Positions 8,913-17,506 are shown, numbered from the stretch's first letter. The stretch is DNA of 24,078 bases from an uncultured Acidimicrobiaceae bacterium (GCA_947258375.1 CAMYIJ010000056.1:1-24078), one strand, 5' to 3'. The notes: generated from the sequence alone by a model not told the origin. Numbers and translations are program-made.

Positions 8913-9077
8913 GGGCGAGCCGAATGTCGATATGCATGCCGTTGAGGAAGACTATGAGGTGAGTACCTGATCGCGTCGTCGGCTCTCCGTCCTTTCTCGC
9001 CTTCTTGGACCTGGCATCGGATGAAGAACATCGAGATCGAGCGGCGCTAGCCGCCGCGCACCGACCGCAACCCCATC

Positions 9078-9104
9078 CTTCATCAATTCGATTATTTGAT
9101 GAAG
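9078..9104. promoter_or_regulatory. perfect 9-bp inverted repeat CTTCATCAA-N9-TTGATGAAG about 35 bp upstream of the fic start; candidate operator
   Basis: Read directly at 9078-9086 and 9096-9104. It sits in a visibly A/T-richer 227-bp intergenic region. Confidence 0.45.
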
Positions 9105-9139
9105 ACTATTGCCTGAAGGTGCGATATATTGGCGAATAG

Positions 9140-10273
9140 ATGAATGATCGGTATGTAGTCTTCGACTGGCACGGGAACACCGCCCGCGCCTGGACGCCGC
9201 TACCGCTGGCCGAGCGGAAGCTCGAGTTGCCCGAACCCACGGTGAGAATGACCGAGCGCGCCCTGGCCGAACTGCGCCTGATGGAACAGCGAATCCTCCC
9301 GTCTGCCGGGCCGATCGGTCGGCTCTTGTTGCGATCTGAAGGTGTCGCCTCTTCGGCAATCGAAGGCCTCACCGTTCCACTCGAGGAGCTGCTCACCGTG
9401 GAAGCGCTGGGGAGCGGAGCGGCCGCGGCGACTTGGGTCGCCGGCAACTTGGCCGCGGTGGCTGCCGCAGTCGATGATGCCGCAGCCCTCGATCGGCGCC
9501 TCGATGCCCCCACATTGCATGGCTGGCATCGCCGGCTCATGGCCGGCAGCCCCCTCGATCCGGCACTCCACGGTGCCTGGCGATCGAGCCCGGGGTGGAT
9601 CGGGGGCACCTCGCCGCTCGACGCGGTCTACGTCCCTCCCCCGGCGGACATGATCCCGGGCCTCATGGCGGACCTGATCGAGTACACCAACACAAGCGGG
9701 CCGGACCCGATCACGCAGGCGGCCGTCGCCCACGCCCAGTTCGAGACGATCCATCCCTACGGCGACGGCAACGGACGCATCGGCCGGATTCTCGTCGGCT
9801 GGATCCTGCGCAGACGTGGCGCAGTCGATCGTTACCCACCGCCGGTGAGCCTCACGATGCTGCGCGACGCCGGCGGTTACCTGGCCGGCCTCTACGAGTT
9901 CCGCGAAGGTGATCCGATACGCTGGATCGACTGGTTTGCCTACCGAACCACCGCCGCGGCCGCCACCGCCGGCGAGCTGTACGTGATGCTCCGGGACTTC
10001 GCCGATCGGTGGCACGCCGAACTCGCCGACGTACGGACCGACTCCGTGACCCACCGAATTGTCGATCTCCTGCTCAGCTATCCGGTGATCTCGGCGGACC
10101 ATGTAGCCACCAGCTGCGACGTGTCCCGCCGCACCGCGCTCACCGGCCTGGAAGTGCTCGAGGCCCGAGACATACTGACGGAGTTCGCAGCGCCTCCCGC
10201 AGGTCGAGGGCGGCCCGCCCGCTGGTGGATCGCCACGGACCTCCTGAGCGCACTGCAACGCTGGCTGGCCTGA
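9140..10273 (+). CDS. Fic family protein (Fic_N-type N-terminus, Fic core, C-terminal winged-helix-like region)
   Basis: Fic active-site motif HPYGDGNGRIGR (nt 9752-9787) fits HxFx(D/E)GNGRxxR with Phe->Tyr. An upstream SSAIEG (nt 9350-9367) matches the (S/T)xxxE(G/N) auto-inhibitory helix motif. Confidence 0.9.
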   Translation: MNDRYVVFDWHGNTARAWTPLPLAERKLELPEPTVRMTERALAELRLMEQRILPSAGPIGRLLLRSEGVASSAIEGLTVPLEELLTVEALGSGAAAATWVAGNLAAVAAAVDDAAALDRRLDAPTLHGWHRRLMAGSPLDPALHGAWRSSPGWIGGTSPLDAVYVPPPADMIPGLMADLIEYTNTSGPDPITQAAVAHAQFETIHPYGDGNGRIGRILVGWILRRRGAVDRYPPPVSLTMLRDAGGYLAGLYEFREGDPIRWIDWFAYRTTAAAATAGELYVMLRDFADRWHAELADVRTDSVTHRIVDLLLSYPVISADHVATSCDVSRRTALTGLEVLEARDILTEFAAPPAGRGRPARWWIATDLLSALQRWLA

Positions 10274-10306
10274 ACCATGTCCTGGTCGGCGTTTGGGCGC
10301 ACTCGA

Positions 10307-12046
10307 TCATCGACTCGGCGTCTGTGCCGGTCCGAAGATCGGCGCCCCAATCTGCCAGCCGTCGCCGGCGTTGTAGACCAACGTTCCGTCCTCACCCACA
10401 TAGATCGGGGGGCCGGGCAGTGAGCGGTCCGGCAGGTCGACTTCAAACCACTCATCGCCGCTCAGACTGCCAACCCAGACGGTCGTGGCTCGGGAGCCGG
10501 AAACGATGATGTTCGTGTCGGTGATGGAAACGGCCTCGAAGGTCGCGTGCGCGCCCCCCCGAGCATCAAACGCGGAGATGAAGCTGGGCTCGAATTCACG
10601 GACCGCCTCGAAGTTCGCCGCGTCCGCTTGCGACAGAAACAGCGTCGTCGGGTCCGCGTCGGTGGTCCCCTCCCAGAGCAGCAAGGCCGTTCGTGACCCG
10701 TTCACCGCCAAGGCGTCCTCTCCATATGATCCAAATGGAGTCGTCCCCGTTAGAAGCCCGAAACCGTCGATGAACGCGACCTCTCGCAGCTCATCTTGGT
10801 CGAGGCGCCACACCGAGGTCGTGAACGGTGGTGTCCGCGGCAACTGGCTCCGCCACGTCGAAGCGACGACCGTGAACTCATCAGAGCCTTCAACCTCGAA
10901 GTGCGGCGCCTCGAAGGGGGCTATCTCGGTGATCCAGCGCCACTCAAAGGTGGTCCCGTCGCGCAGGATCCAGAAGCCGGGCAACAGATCCGTCCAACCG
11001 GTCGACTCGACCCAACGGTTGACATCGCTGTAGTCATCGAGGGCGTAATTCGTCGTATCGAGCCCGGCGGGCATCTCGACATGTCCCACATGGAAAAGCT
11101 CCGGCTCACCTGCGGCGTCCGGCCCCAGTGCGAAGTACTCGACGTCGATCCCCTCCGGCGACCGTACGGTCTTGGTCTCGATAACACCGACCTTCTCGCC
11201 GTCGATCCACACCGAGAACTCCCCACGGTATCGCTTCGTGGCCACACCAGCCCCGAACCGATCAGCCACCGCCGCCGGATCCGGCTCCAGGTACACCATG
11301 AGGGAGCCGAAATCCCGCGAGAACGCAGCCAGGTCGTTGCCAAGGCGCGCCATCAAATCAATGTAAGGGATGGCCGGCGGGTCAAGCAGCACGCCGTCGA
11401 GACCATCAGGCTGCTCCCAGGTCCACTCCTGCCACGTCTCACCAAAGTCGAAACTCACCCACCGTTCGACGACGGTTTCGGGATAGACAGAGCCCAGGTG
11501 AGAATCCGACGCCGTCACCCAGATGGCTCCCTCGAGCAGGTCCATCGTGATCTCGAGGCCCTCGCTGGGTTCAGGAAGCCGGCGCCGCTCCGGGCCCTCG
11601 TCACCGACCCAGACATCGACGACGCCGGGGATTCTGTCTGGAAAGTCGTACGGAGAGATATCGACTGTCGTGTTGCCCCAAACGCCCACCAGGAAGCCGG
11701 AGGCCTCGGGGCCGGCCGAGAATTCGAAACCCTGGATCGTCCGGGCCGGTGTCTCAATGAGCGTCGTAGTCGTAACTGTCGTTGGTGTCGCCGGATCGGG
11801 ATCGGTCGAGCCAACGAGGCGAAGCAGCAGGAGCGGGAGTCCGACCAGAAGGACGACTGCAGCAATGGCGACGGCGACGACGAGTCGGCGCGGCCGGCCG
11901 GGGCTGGACAGCCGCTGCGGCTCGACATACGGAATCGGTCGGACGGCTTCGACCTGCTCGAGGATGTCGGCCATCGTGATCGGTGGCTGCCCGGCATCGT
12001 GCTGATCGCCGTAGGCGGCGAGTTGCGTGCGGAGGCTTGTGGTCAT
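10307..12046 (-). CDS. membrane-anchored extracytoplasmic protein, translationally coupled to the ECF sigma factor; putative anti-sigma factor/sensor
   Basis: 579 aa: a ~55-aa cytoplasmic N-terminus, one TM (LVVAVAIAAVVLLVGLPLLLLRL), then ~500 aa of Trp/Asp/Gly-rich extracytoplasmic domain. Its ATG overlaps the sigma stop (ATGA, 12043-12046), and GGGAG lies 7 nt upstream. No HxxxCxxC zinc anti-sigma motif is present. The function is inferred from position only. Confidence 0.7.
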   Translation of the reverse strand: MTTSLRTQLAAYGDQHDAGQPPITMADILEQVEAVRPIPYVEPQRLSSPGRPRRLVVAVAIAAVVLLVGLPLLLLRLVGSTDPDPATPTTVTTTTLIETPARTIQGFEFSAGPEASGFLVGVWGNTTVDISPYDFPDRIPGVVDVWVGDEGPERRRLPEPSEGLEITMDLLEGAIWVTASDSHLGSVYPETVVERWVSFDFGETWQEWTWEQPDGLDGVLLDPPAIPYIDLMARLGNDLAAFSRDFGSLMVYLEPDPAAVADRFGAGVATKRYRGEFSVWIDGEKVGVIETKTVRSPEGIDVEYFALGPDAAGEPELFHVGHVEMPAGLDTTNYALDDYSDVNRWVESTGWTDLLPGFWILRDGTTFEWRWITEIAPFEAPHFEVEGSDEFTVVASTWRSQLPRTPPFTTSVWRLDQDELREVAFIDGFGLLTGTTPFGSYGEDALAVNGSRTALLLWEGTTDADPTTLFLSQADAANFEAVREFEPSFISAFDARGGAHATFEAVSITDTNIIVSGSRATTVWVGSLSGDEWFEVDLPDRSLPGPPIYVGEDGTLVYNAGDGWQIGAPIFGPAQTPSR

Positions 12047-12507
12047 AGTGAGACTCCCAGCTTGCGCCGCAGCTTGGCCATGCCACGCTCGGCGTACGTC
12101 TGCACGGTCGACTTCGAGATCCCGAGCAACTCAGCGACTTCGGGCATCGTCCAATCGAATGAGTAGAGCAACATCACACAGATGCGCTGTTGCTCGGACA
12201 GGCTTTGCAGGGCATCCGGCAGCGCCGGCTCGACCCAAGGTTCATGATCCGGGTCGACCGCCATGAGCTTCGGGACTACCCGCTCGAGCCCCCGCCGCCC
12301 GCGGTTCCGCCCCAACACATAGAGGTATCCCGCCGGATTCTCCATGACTGACACCTTCTGCCAGTTCTCCCAGGCGTAGGCCAGCGCTTCAGCGGCCACC
12401 TCCCTCCCCACATCGCTCCCGAACGCAGCGGACAGCGCCTGGCGTAGGCGCTGCTCATGTGCCTCCACAAACTCGACAAAGGCCTCTGTGGCGGTTGTGC
12501 TGCCCAC
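12043..12507 (-). CDS. ECF-type RNA polymerase sigma-70 factor (regions 2 and 4 only)
   Basis: 154 aa. Region 2-like AEALAYAWENW...NPAGYLYVLGRN; region 4 HTH LSEQQRICVMLLYSFDWTMPEVAELLGISKSTVQTYAERGMAKLRRKL. GTG start with GAGGGAG just upstream (short spacer, so the exact start is uncertain). Confidence 0.85.
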   Translation of the reverse strand: MGSTTATEAFVEFVEAHEQRLRQALSAAFGSDVGREVAAEALAYAWENWQKVSVMENPAGYLYVLGRNRGRRGLERVVPKLMAVDPDHEPWVEPALPDALQSLSEQQRICVMLLYSFDWTMPEVAELLGISKSTVQTYAERGMAKLRRKLGVSL

Positions 12508-12601
12508 GACTCCCTCGCGTACCTGTCACCTATGAAAGCGCACAGGCGGCTGCGCGTACGACACCATTCTCCCCTCCCCAACCGACTGCTTCGCATCACC
12601 G

Positions 12602-14269
12602 TCACGGCTCAACGATCACCGTGGCCTCTTCCATGACGATGTCGGCGACGTCCCAGCCTTTCTGATCCATCAGCCCGATGAAGGCTCGGCGAAAGAGCAG
12701 AGTGGCTTCCACAGTGACCGGTCCGCCTGCAGGGGAGTCGAACCGGTAGGAGGTTGTGTCGGATTGCATGGCAGGGATCCGGTTGTCGGAAACGACCCGG
12801 GTGGGATTCCAATAGGCCCCGGTCGGGGCGACCTCGGTCCACAGCTCTTCGAGCACCTTGGCGTAGGCGGTCCCTGGTAGGCCGGCGAAATACCCGGCTG
12901 CCGGATCGCCCACGCCTCCCCAGTCGGGCACCGTCGGGCCGTCCGCCTGGCCAAGGGACTCACCATCGGGTCCGGTGGCTTCGACTAGCAGAATCATCTG
13001 CCGCAGCGGCGAGTCGGTCGGTACGTGGTGGCCGGTCTGATCGTTCGTGATTGTCACTTGTGCGAAGGCCCCGTCGGAGTCCGCCGACGCCTCAACCGTC
13101 ATTGTCACCGCGTTCTGGAGGAGTTCGATATCGGCGGCGCCCGGCATGCGATGGCCGGGGATGGTGGCCGGATCGCGCACCAGCCCGCCCGCTTCGGCCA
13201 GGGCAAAGCTGGCAGCGCCGGTGGGCGGCATGTGGCAGTCCTGACAGGTCTGTCCGGTGGCAGGGTCGGAGTAGGGGCTGGCGAGCCATTCGCCGAAGGA
13301 GTCGTAGACGACCACGTCCCAGAACACCCCGCGATGGCAGGGAGCACAGAAGGCGCTTTCGAGTTGGAGGGGCGAGAAGGTGTCTTCCCCGGGAGCGACG
13401 TCGTCGTAGGGTCCGGCGAAGTACTGATGCCCTTCGGGTGGCCGGCGGAACTCGTATGACAACACGCCGGGACGTCCCGGATCGGGTAGACCCGTGGCCG
13501 GGTCGAGAATCACGTCCCACACCTTGTGGCACAGGTCACAGGTGACGCCTTCGGCTGCCACCGCCTCGGCGACGGTCGGATCAACACCATAAGGATCGTC
13601 AACCGCCAGGGTTGGCACGTGGCACGCACCACAGTTGCCGGCCGATTCCGGGAAGTCGAGCTGGTAGCCGGGCCCGTAGTAGGCCAAATCCGGATCCGGT
13701 CGCAGCGGCACCCGCCCGTAGTCACGATTGGTGGAGTAGCGGGTGGGCGGGCTTTGATTTCCGGACAGGTCTGTGCCGCGGTACATGGACAGGAAGCGAG
13801 GGTTGACGGCCGATTTCGCATGGGCGTCCTCGAGCCACTGGTCGACCGGAAGCATGAATCCCAGCTCAGTGCCGCGACGGCTATGGCATTCGACACACGG
13901 TTGACCTTCTCCGCTGCCCGATCCTTCGAGGGCAGACAGCCACTCGTAATCGGCGTGATCTAATTCGGGGATGGCTTCCAAAGCCAAGGTGACTTCAACA
14001 CCCGGCTCGTGTTCGGAGCCGCCGGCGATGAAGAACCCCTCGGCCCAGGCCGACAGCCGCACCGGTCCATCGACGTCGGCCATCGTGAACCGGCCATCTG
14101 GTCCGGTAACGGTCGACCGATCAGTCGCTTGGATCCGCACCGTGGCGCCGCTCACCGGCTCGCCGTCGTGCATCACGAGACCGGTCACCGTGTCGGCAGA
14201 CGTGCAGGCCGGGACCACGAGGGCCACCGTCACCAGGACCACCGCCACCAGGGCCCGGCCCGGGTGCAT
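12602..14269 (-). CDS. secreted, possibly lipid-anchored, pentaheme c-type cytochrome with N-terminal carboxypeptidase-regulatory-like domain
   Basis: Five CXXCH motifs: CVECH 13883-13897, CGACH 13619-13633, CDLCH 13526-13540, CAPCH 13334-13348, CQDCH 13232-13246. Signal peptide MHPGRALVAVVLVTVALVVPAC has a lipobox-like VPAC. It is followed by GEPVSGATVRIQATDRSTVTGPDGRF, which is CarboxypepD_reg-like. ATG 14269 overlaps the upstream stop (TGATG) and has GGAGGGG 3 nt (GGAGG 5 nt) upstream. The longer ORF from 14296 is less likely. Confidence 0.85.
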   Translation of the reverse strand: MHPGRALVAVVLVTVALVVPACTSADTVTGLVMHDGEPVSGATVRIQATDRSTVTGPDGRFTMADVDGPVRLSAWAEGFFIAGGSEHEPGVEVTLALEAIPELDHADYEWLSALEGSGSGEGQPCVECHSRRGTELGFMLPVDQWLEDAHAKSAVNPRFLSMYRGTDLSGNQSPPTRYSTNRDYGRVPLRPDPDLAYYGPGYQLDFPESAGNCGACHVPTLAVDDPYGVDPTVAEAVAAEGVTCDLCHKVWDVILDPATGLPDPGRPGVLSYEFRRPPEGHQYFAGPYDDVAPGEDTFSPLQLESAFCAPCHRGVFWDVVVYDSFGEWLASPYSDPATGQTCQDCHMPPTGAASFALAEAGGLVRDPATIPGHRMPGAADIELLQNAVTMTVEASADSDGAFAQVTITNDQTGHHVPTDSPLRQMILLVEATGPDGESLGQADGPTVPDWGGVGDPAAGYFAGLPGTAYAKVLEELWTEVAPTGAYWNPTRVVSDNRIPAMQSDTTSYRFDSPAGGPVTVEATLLFRRAFIGLMDQKGWDVADIVMEEATVIVEP

Positions 14270-17151
14270 CAGCCCCTCCGGCGCACCAGCGCCCACCCAA
14301 CGAGCGCCAGCGCCAGCACTCCAACGCCGATCAACACCCAGGGCAACCTATTGGTGCCGGCTTCGGGTTCGGCGGCGGCGGCCGGTTGGGTCGAATCGGG
14401 AGCCGGCGCGACGGTCGCATCGTCGGAACTCGAGGCCGCGTCGGGATTCGAGGCCGCGGCGGAAGGTGGTTCCGTTGAGCTGGTGACGGCGGCCGGGGCG
14501 GGCGGAGTGCCATCCAGGTCGAGGCGAAACACTCCCCCGCCTTCCGTGCCTGCATAGAGGTGCCGGCCGTCGTTGGAGATGGCCAGGGCACTGGTGGCGC
14601 GGGTGGTGAGACCGGCGTTGGCCTGCTTCCAGCTGACCCCGCCGTCGCCCGACCGGTAGATGCCGCTCAGCTCGTCGCCGGCATATACGATTGACGGGTC
14701 GGTGGGGTCGAAGACGAGTTCCGAGATGATCGCCTCTGGCGGCATGCCGGCCGCCGACCGCGTCCAGCCGGCTCCGCCATCGGCGGAGCGATAGACCCCA
14801 CCGCCGAAGAATCCGGCCACCACAACGCTCGAGTCGGAGGGATCGACGGCCACCGAGTACGCCATGTCGGGGAGCCCCGGAACGGCGGTCCAGGAGGAGC
14901 CACCATCGGTGGTGGCGAGCAGCCCATCTGTCGGGGAGGCGGCATAGACGGTGTTGGGATCGGTGGGGTGGATGGCCAGTCCGGCGATGTGGGCGGCGGC
15001 GGTGGTCGAGTCGTTGGCGGCAGCCCATGTGGAACCCCCATCACTGGAAACCCAGATGCCGGTGGCGCCGATGTCGGGGGAGAAGCCTCCCGCCGAGTAG
15101 TAGCCGGCCGAGCCGGCGTAGACGATATCGGGATCGGAGGGAGCGAAGGAGATCACTCGCCAGCCCTGGCCTTCGGGAAGCCACTGGTCGCTTTTCCGCC
15201 AGGATTGTCCCCCATCGCGGCTTGCGACGACGACCGGATGCCAGTTCGAGGCGGTCAACACGTGCCGGGGTTCGAGCGGGTCGACGGCCATGGCATTCCA
15301 TTCGAGGCCTTCGGCCTCGGATCGGACCAGCCCCTCCCAATGCTGCCCACCGTCGTGACTGACGAAGATGCCGCTGCGGGCCGCCGCGAAGACCCGGCCG
15401 GGCTCGGTGGGGTCGACGGCCAGAGCCCGCACCTGGGCACCGGTGTATCCGTCGCTGGCAACGGCCCAGGTTCGACCCCCATCGGCCGTGACGAAGTTGC
15501 CCCCACCGTAATTGTTGGCGAATACCCGGTTGGGGTCACGCGGGTCGATCTGGAAGTCGATAGGGAATCCGCCCACCACCCCGGGTGGGCCCCAGTTGGG
15601 AGGGCTGGTGACGTGGTCCCAGGTCTGGCCGCCATCAGCGCTGCGATAGATTGCTCCGGCGCTACCGGCATACGCAATCTGGGGGTCGGAGGTGGCGAAC
15701 TCGACGGATGTGATGTTGTCGTCCAGCAGCGTATGGGTCCACGAGTCGCCCCCGTTGGTGGTGAGGTAGACGCCGGCCTCGAGGAAGTACTGATTGTTGC
15801 CCGTCCCTGCCAGCAGGATGTCCGGGTTCGTCGGATGCATATGGAGGGTGCCGACGTAGAGGTTGTCGAGCCCCACCACCGCGTTGGTCCAGGTGGCACC
15901 GCCGTCGATGGACTTTACGACCCCTTCCCCTCCGGGAACCCCGGCTTCAGGATCTGAGTTGGCGGCTTCGCGATCGAAGATGCCGGTCGATATATAGATC
16001 GTCTGCGGGTCGTTGGGGTCGATCCACACATATCGAGCCAGGTTGTCGCCGCGCCAGATCGGCTCCCACCGGTCGCCAGCGTTGATGGTGCGATAGACAA
16101 CGCCGCCCGTCATATCGAACTCGCGTCCCACCCGTTCCTCTCCGGCCCAAGTCCACGAGGACAGTTCGGCAGCGGCATAAACGATGTCGGAGTCGCGGGG
16201 ATCGACGGTGAACCCGCGGAAGGTGATGCCTTCGGTTTCGATGATCCCGTCGTCCTTCTCGACCCAGGATTGACCGCCGTCCGCAGAACGGAAGATGCCG
16301 CGTGTGAACTGCGTGCCGACCCAGATGACGTCGGGATCGTGAGGGTCGATAGTGAGACAGAAGACGGGGATGGCGTCTCCGGTTGAGCCCACCCGGGTGA
16401 CGATGCCTTCGTTCGAGGGGTACCAGGTATCGCCTCCATCGGTGGAGATGAACACCCCGGCGAACGCGTCGGTGACGTACATCTGGTCGGGATTGTCGGG
16501 ATGCATGCGCACGTCGTAGCCGAGTCCGCCCAGTGGGCCGCCCGTGCGGATCCAGGCGAGCCCCGAATCAGTGGCGGGGTCGGTCGGCCGGGTTGTCGGG
16601 GGTGAAACCGGCTGATTGGCGATGGTGAGATCGTCAACCTCGACGGAGCCGTCGCCTTCGGCTCGGAAACCGATTCCGCCGGCAGGATGGGGGTCGGGAT
16701 CGGTTGCTTGCAGCGTCGTTCCGGCGACGGTGACAGTGTGCTCGGCCCCCGTGACCGAGACCGCCACTTCCACCCACTGACCGGGTTCGATCGGCGCGGA
16801 GTCACCGGCCAGCATGGTCGGCTGAGCGGCTTCACGGACCAGCTCAACACGGCCGGGAATGATCCAGACCGCGTAGTCGCCTTGCGATCCGGTGTGATAC
16901 AGCACGGCCACGACTGTGGAGGCATCGATGCGGACCCGCACGGTGAAGTCGGTTTCGGTGAGGGTTCCGTGCCGCAAGGCGGGACTGCCCGGCACGACGC
17001 TCAGGACCCCGTCGACGACCTCGGTACCAGAGCCGAATTCCCAACCCGGAGGCGGATCATCGAAGGTCTCGGTGTCTTGCAGGCCGGTGGCAGCGTCTCC
17101 ACCAACCAGCCCGACCACGATGACGAAGACGAAGACGAGCCATGCTCGCAT
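14269..17151 (-). CDS. large exported BNR/Asp-box beta-propeller protein with N-terminal DUF1080/concanavalin-like domain and C-terminal TM anchor
   Basis: 960 aa from ATG 17151 (GGGAGGG 4 nt upstream). Signal peptide MRAWLVFVFVIVVGLVGG. About 13 Asp-box repeats of the form S/T-x-D-G-G-x-T/S-W (STDGGDTW, SADGGQSW, SIDGGATW, TTNGGDSW, SADGGQTW, TADGGRTW, SHDGGQHW, SRDGGQSW, SSDGGSTW, TTDGGSSW, SADGGAGW, SGDGGVSW, plus one degenerate). Ser/Ala/Pro-rich linker, then WVLIGVGVLALALVGWALVRRRG at the C-terminus. Confidence 0.85.
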   Translation of the reverse strand: MRAWLVFVFVIVVGLVGGDAATGLQDTETFDDPPPGWEFGSGTEVVDGVLSVVPGSPALRHGTLTETDFTVRVRIDASTVVAVLYHTGSQGDYAVWIIPGRVELVREAAQPTMLAGDSAPIEPGQWVEVAVSVTGAEHTVTVAGTTLQATDPDPHPAGGIGFRAEGDGSVEVDDLTIANQPVSPPTTRPTDPATDSGLAWIRTGGPLGGLGYDVRMHPDNPDQMYVTDAFAGVFISTDGGDTWYPSNEGIVTRVGSTGDAIPVFCLTIDPHDPDVIWVGTQFTRGIFRSADGGQSWVEKDDGIIETEGITFRGFTVDPRDSDIVYAAAELSSWTWAGEERVGREFDMTGGVVYRTINAGDRWEPIWRGDNLARYVWIDPNDPQTIYISTGIFDREAANSDPEAGVPGGEGVVKSIDGGATWTNAVVGLDNLYVGTLHMHPTNPDILLAGTGNNQYFLEAGVYLTTNGGDSWTHTLLDDNITSVEFATSDPQIAYAGSAGAIYRSADGGQTWDHVTSPPNWGPPGVVGGFPIDFQIDPRDPNRVFANNYGGGNFVTADGGRTWAVASDGYTGAQVRALAVDPTEPGRVFAAARSGIFVSHDGGQHWEGLVRSEAEGLEWNAMAVDPLEPRHVLTASNWHPVVVASRDGGQSWRKSDQWLPEGQGWRVISFAPSDPDIVYAGSAGYYSAGGFSPDIGATGIWVSSDGGSTWAAANDSTTAAAHIAGLAIHPTDPNTVYAASPTDGLLATTDGGSSWTAVPGLPDMAYSVAVDPSDSSVVVAGFFGGGVYRSADGGAGWTRSAAGMPPEAIISELVFDPTDPSIVYAGDELSGIYRSGDGGVSWKQANAGLTTRATSALAISNDGRHLYAGTEGGGVFRLDLDGTPPAPAAVTSSTEPPSAAASNPDAASSSDDATVAPAPDSTQPAAAAEPEAGTNRLPWVLIGVGVLALALVGWALVRRRG

Positions 17152-17506
17152 CAAACCCTCCCGAGCCCTCCGGCCAGTGTCACCCCGAGGTCCGCAGCCA
17201 GCTAGAGGAAAAGGCCCTTTGCGGCGAAGCGGTCTCCGCATACGGCTATCCCGGTCGCCACACTGACATGGGGGCCCGAACGGCCATATCATGCGGTCGA
17301 GACGGCACATGACCAGGCGTTTCACATCTGGGAGGATCGAATGAAGTACTCGAGAGGGACCAATGACCCCTCATGGGTGGCATCCGTTCTCGACGGTGAC
17401 CCGGTCCTCGTCAGCTTCACGAGCCTCTCCGAGTAGCCGCCGGGAGTCTGACATCGTGGCGGGTGCCTGTCTGCGAGTCCGAAAGCCGAAATCTCACACG
17501 CGGCCC

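Noticed and set aside
17301-17324. ECF-type promoter TGAAAC-N14-CGTC on the minus strand, about 150 nt upstream of the BNR/cytochrome genes
   Set aside because: The hexamers resemble ECF -35/-10 elements (AAC ... CGT), which would tie the operon to the downstream sigma factor. However, the spacer is 14 nt rather than the usual 16-17, and I found no matching motif upstream of the sigma gene itself (12508-12601). I treat it as a coincidence unless TSS data say otherwise.
17152-17325. Long form of the BNR protein (1018 aa) starting at 17325
   Set aside because: The extra 58 residues are Arg/Cys/Pro-rich with no signal-peptide character. ATG 17151 has a strong GGGAGGG SD and is immediately followed by a classic signal peptide.
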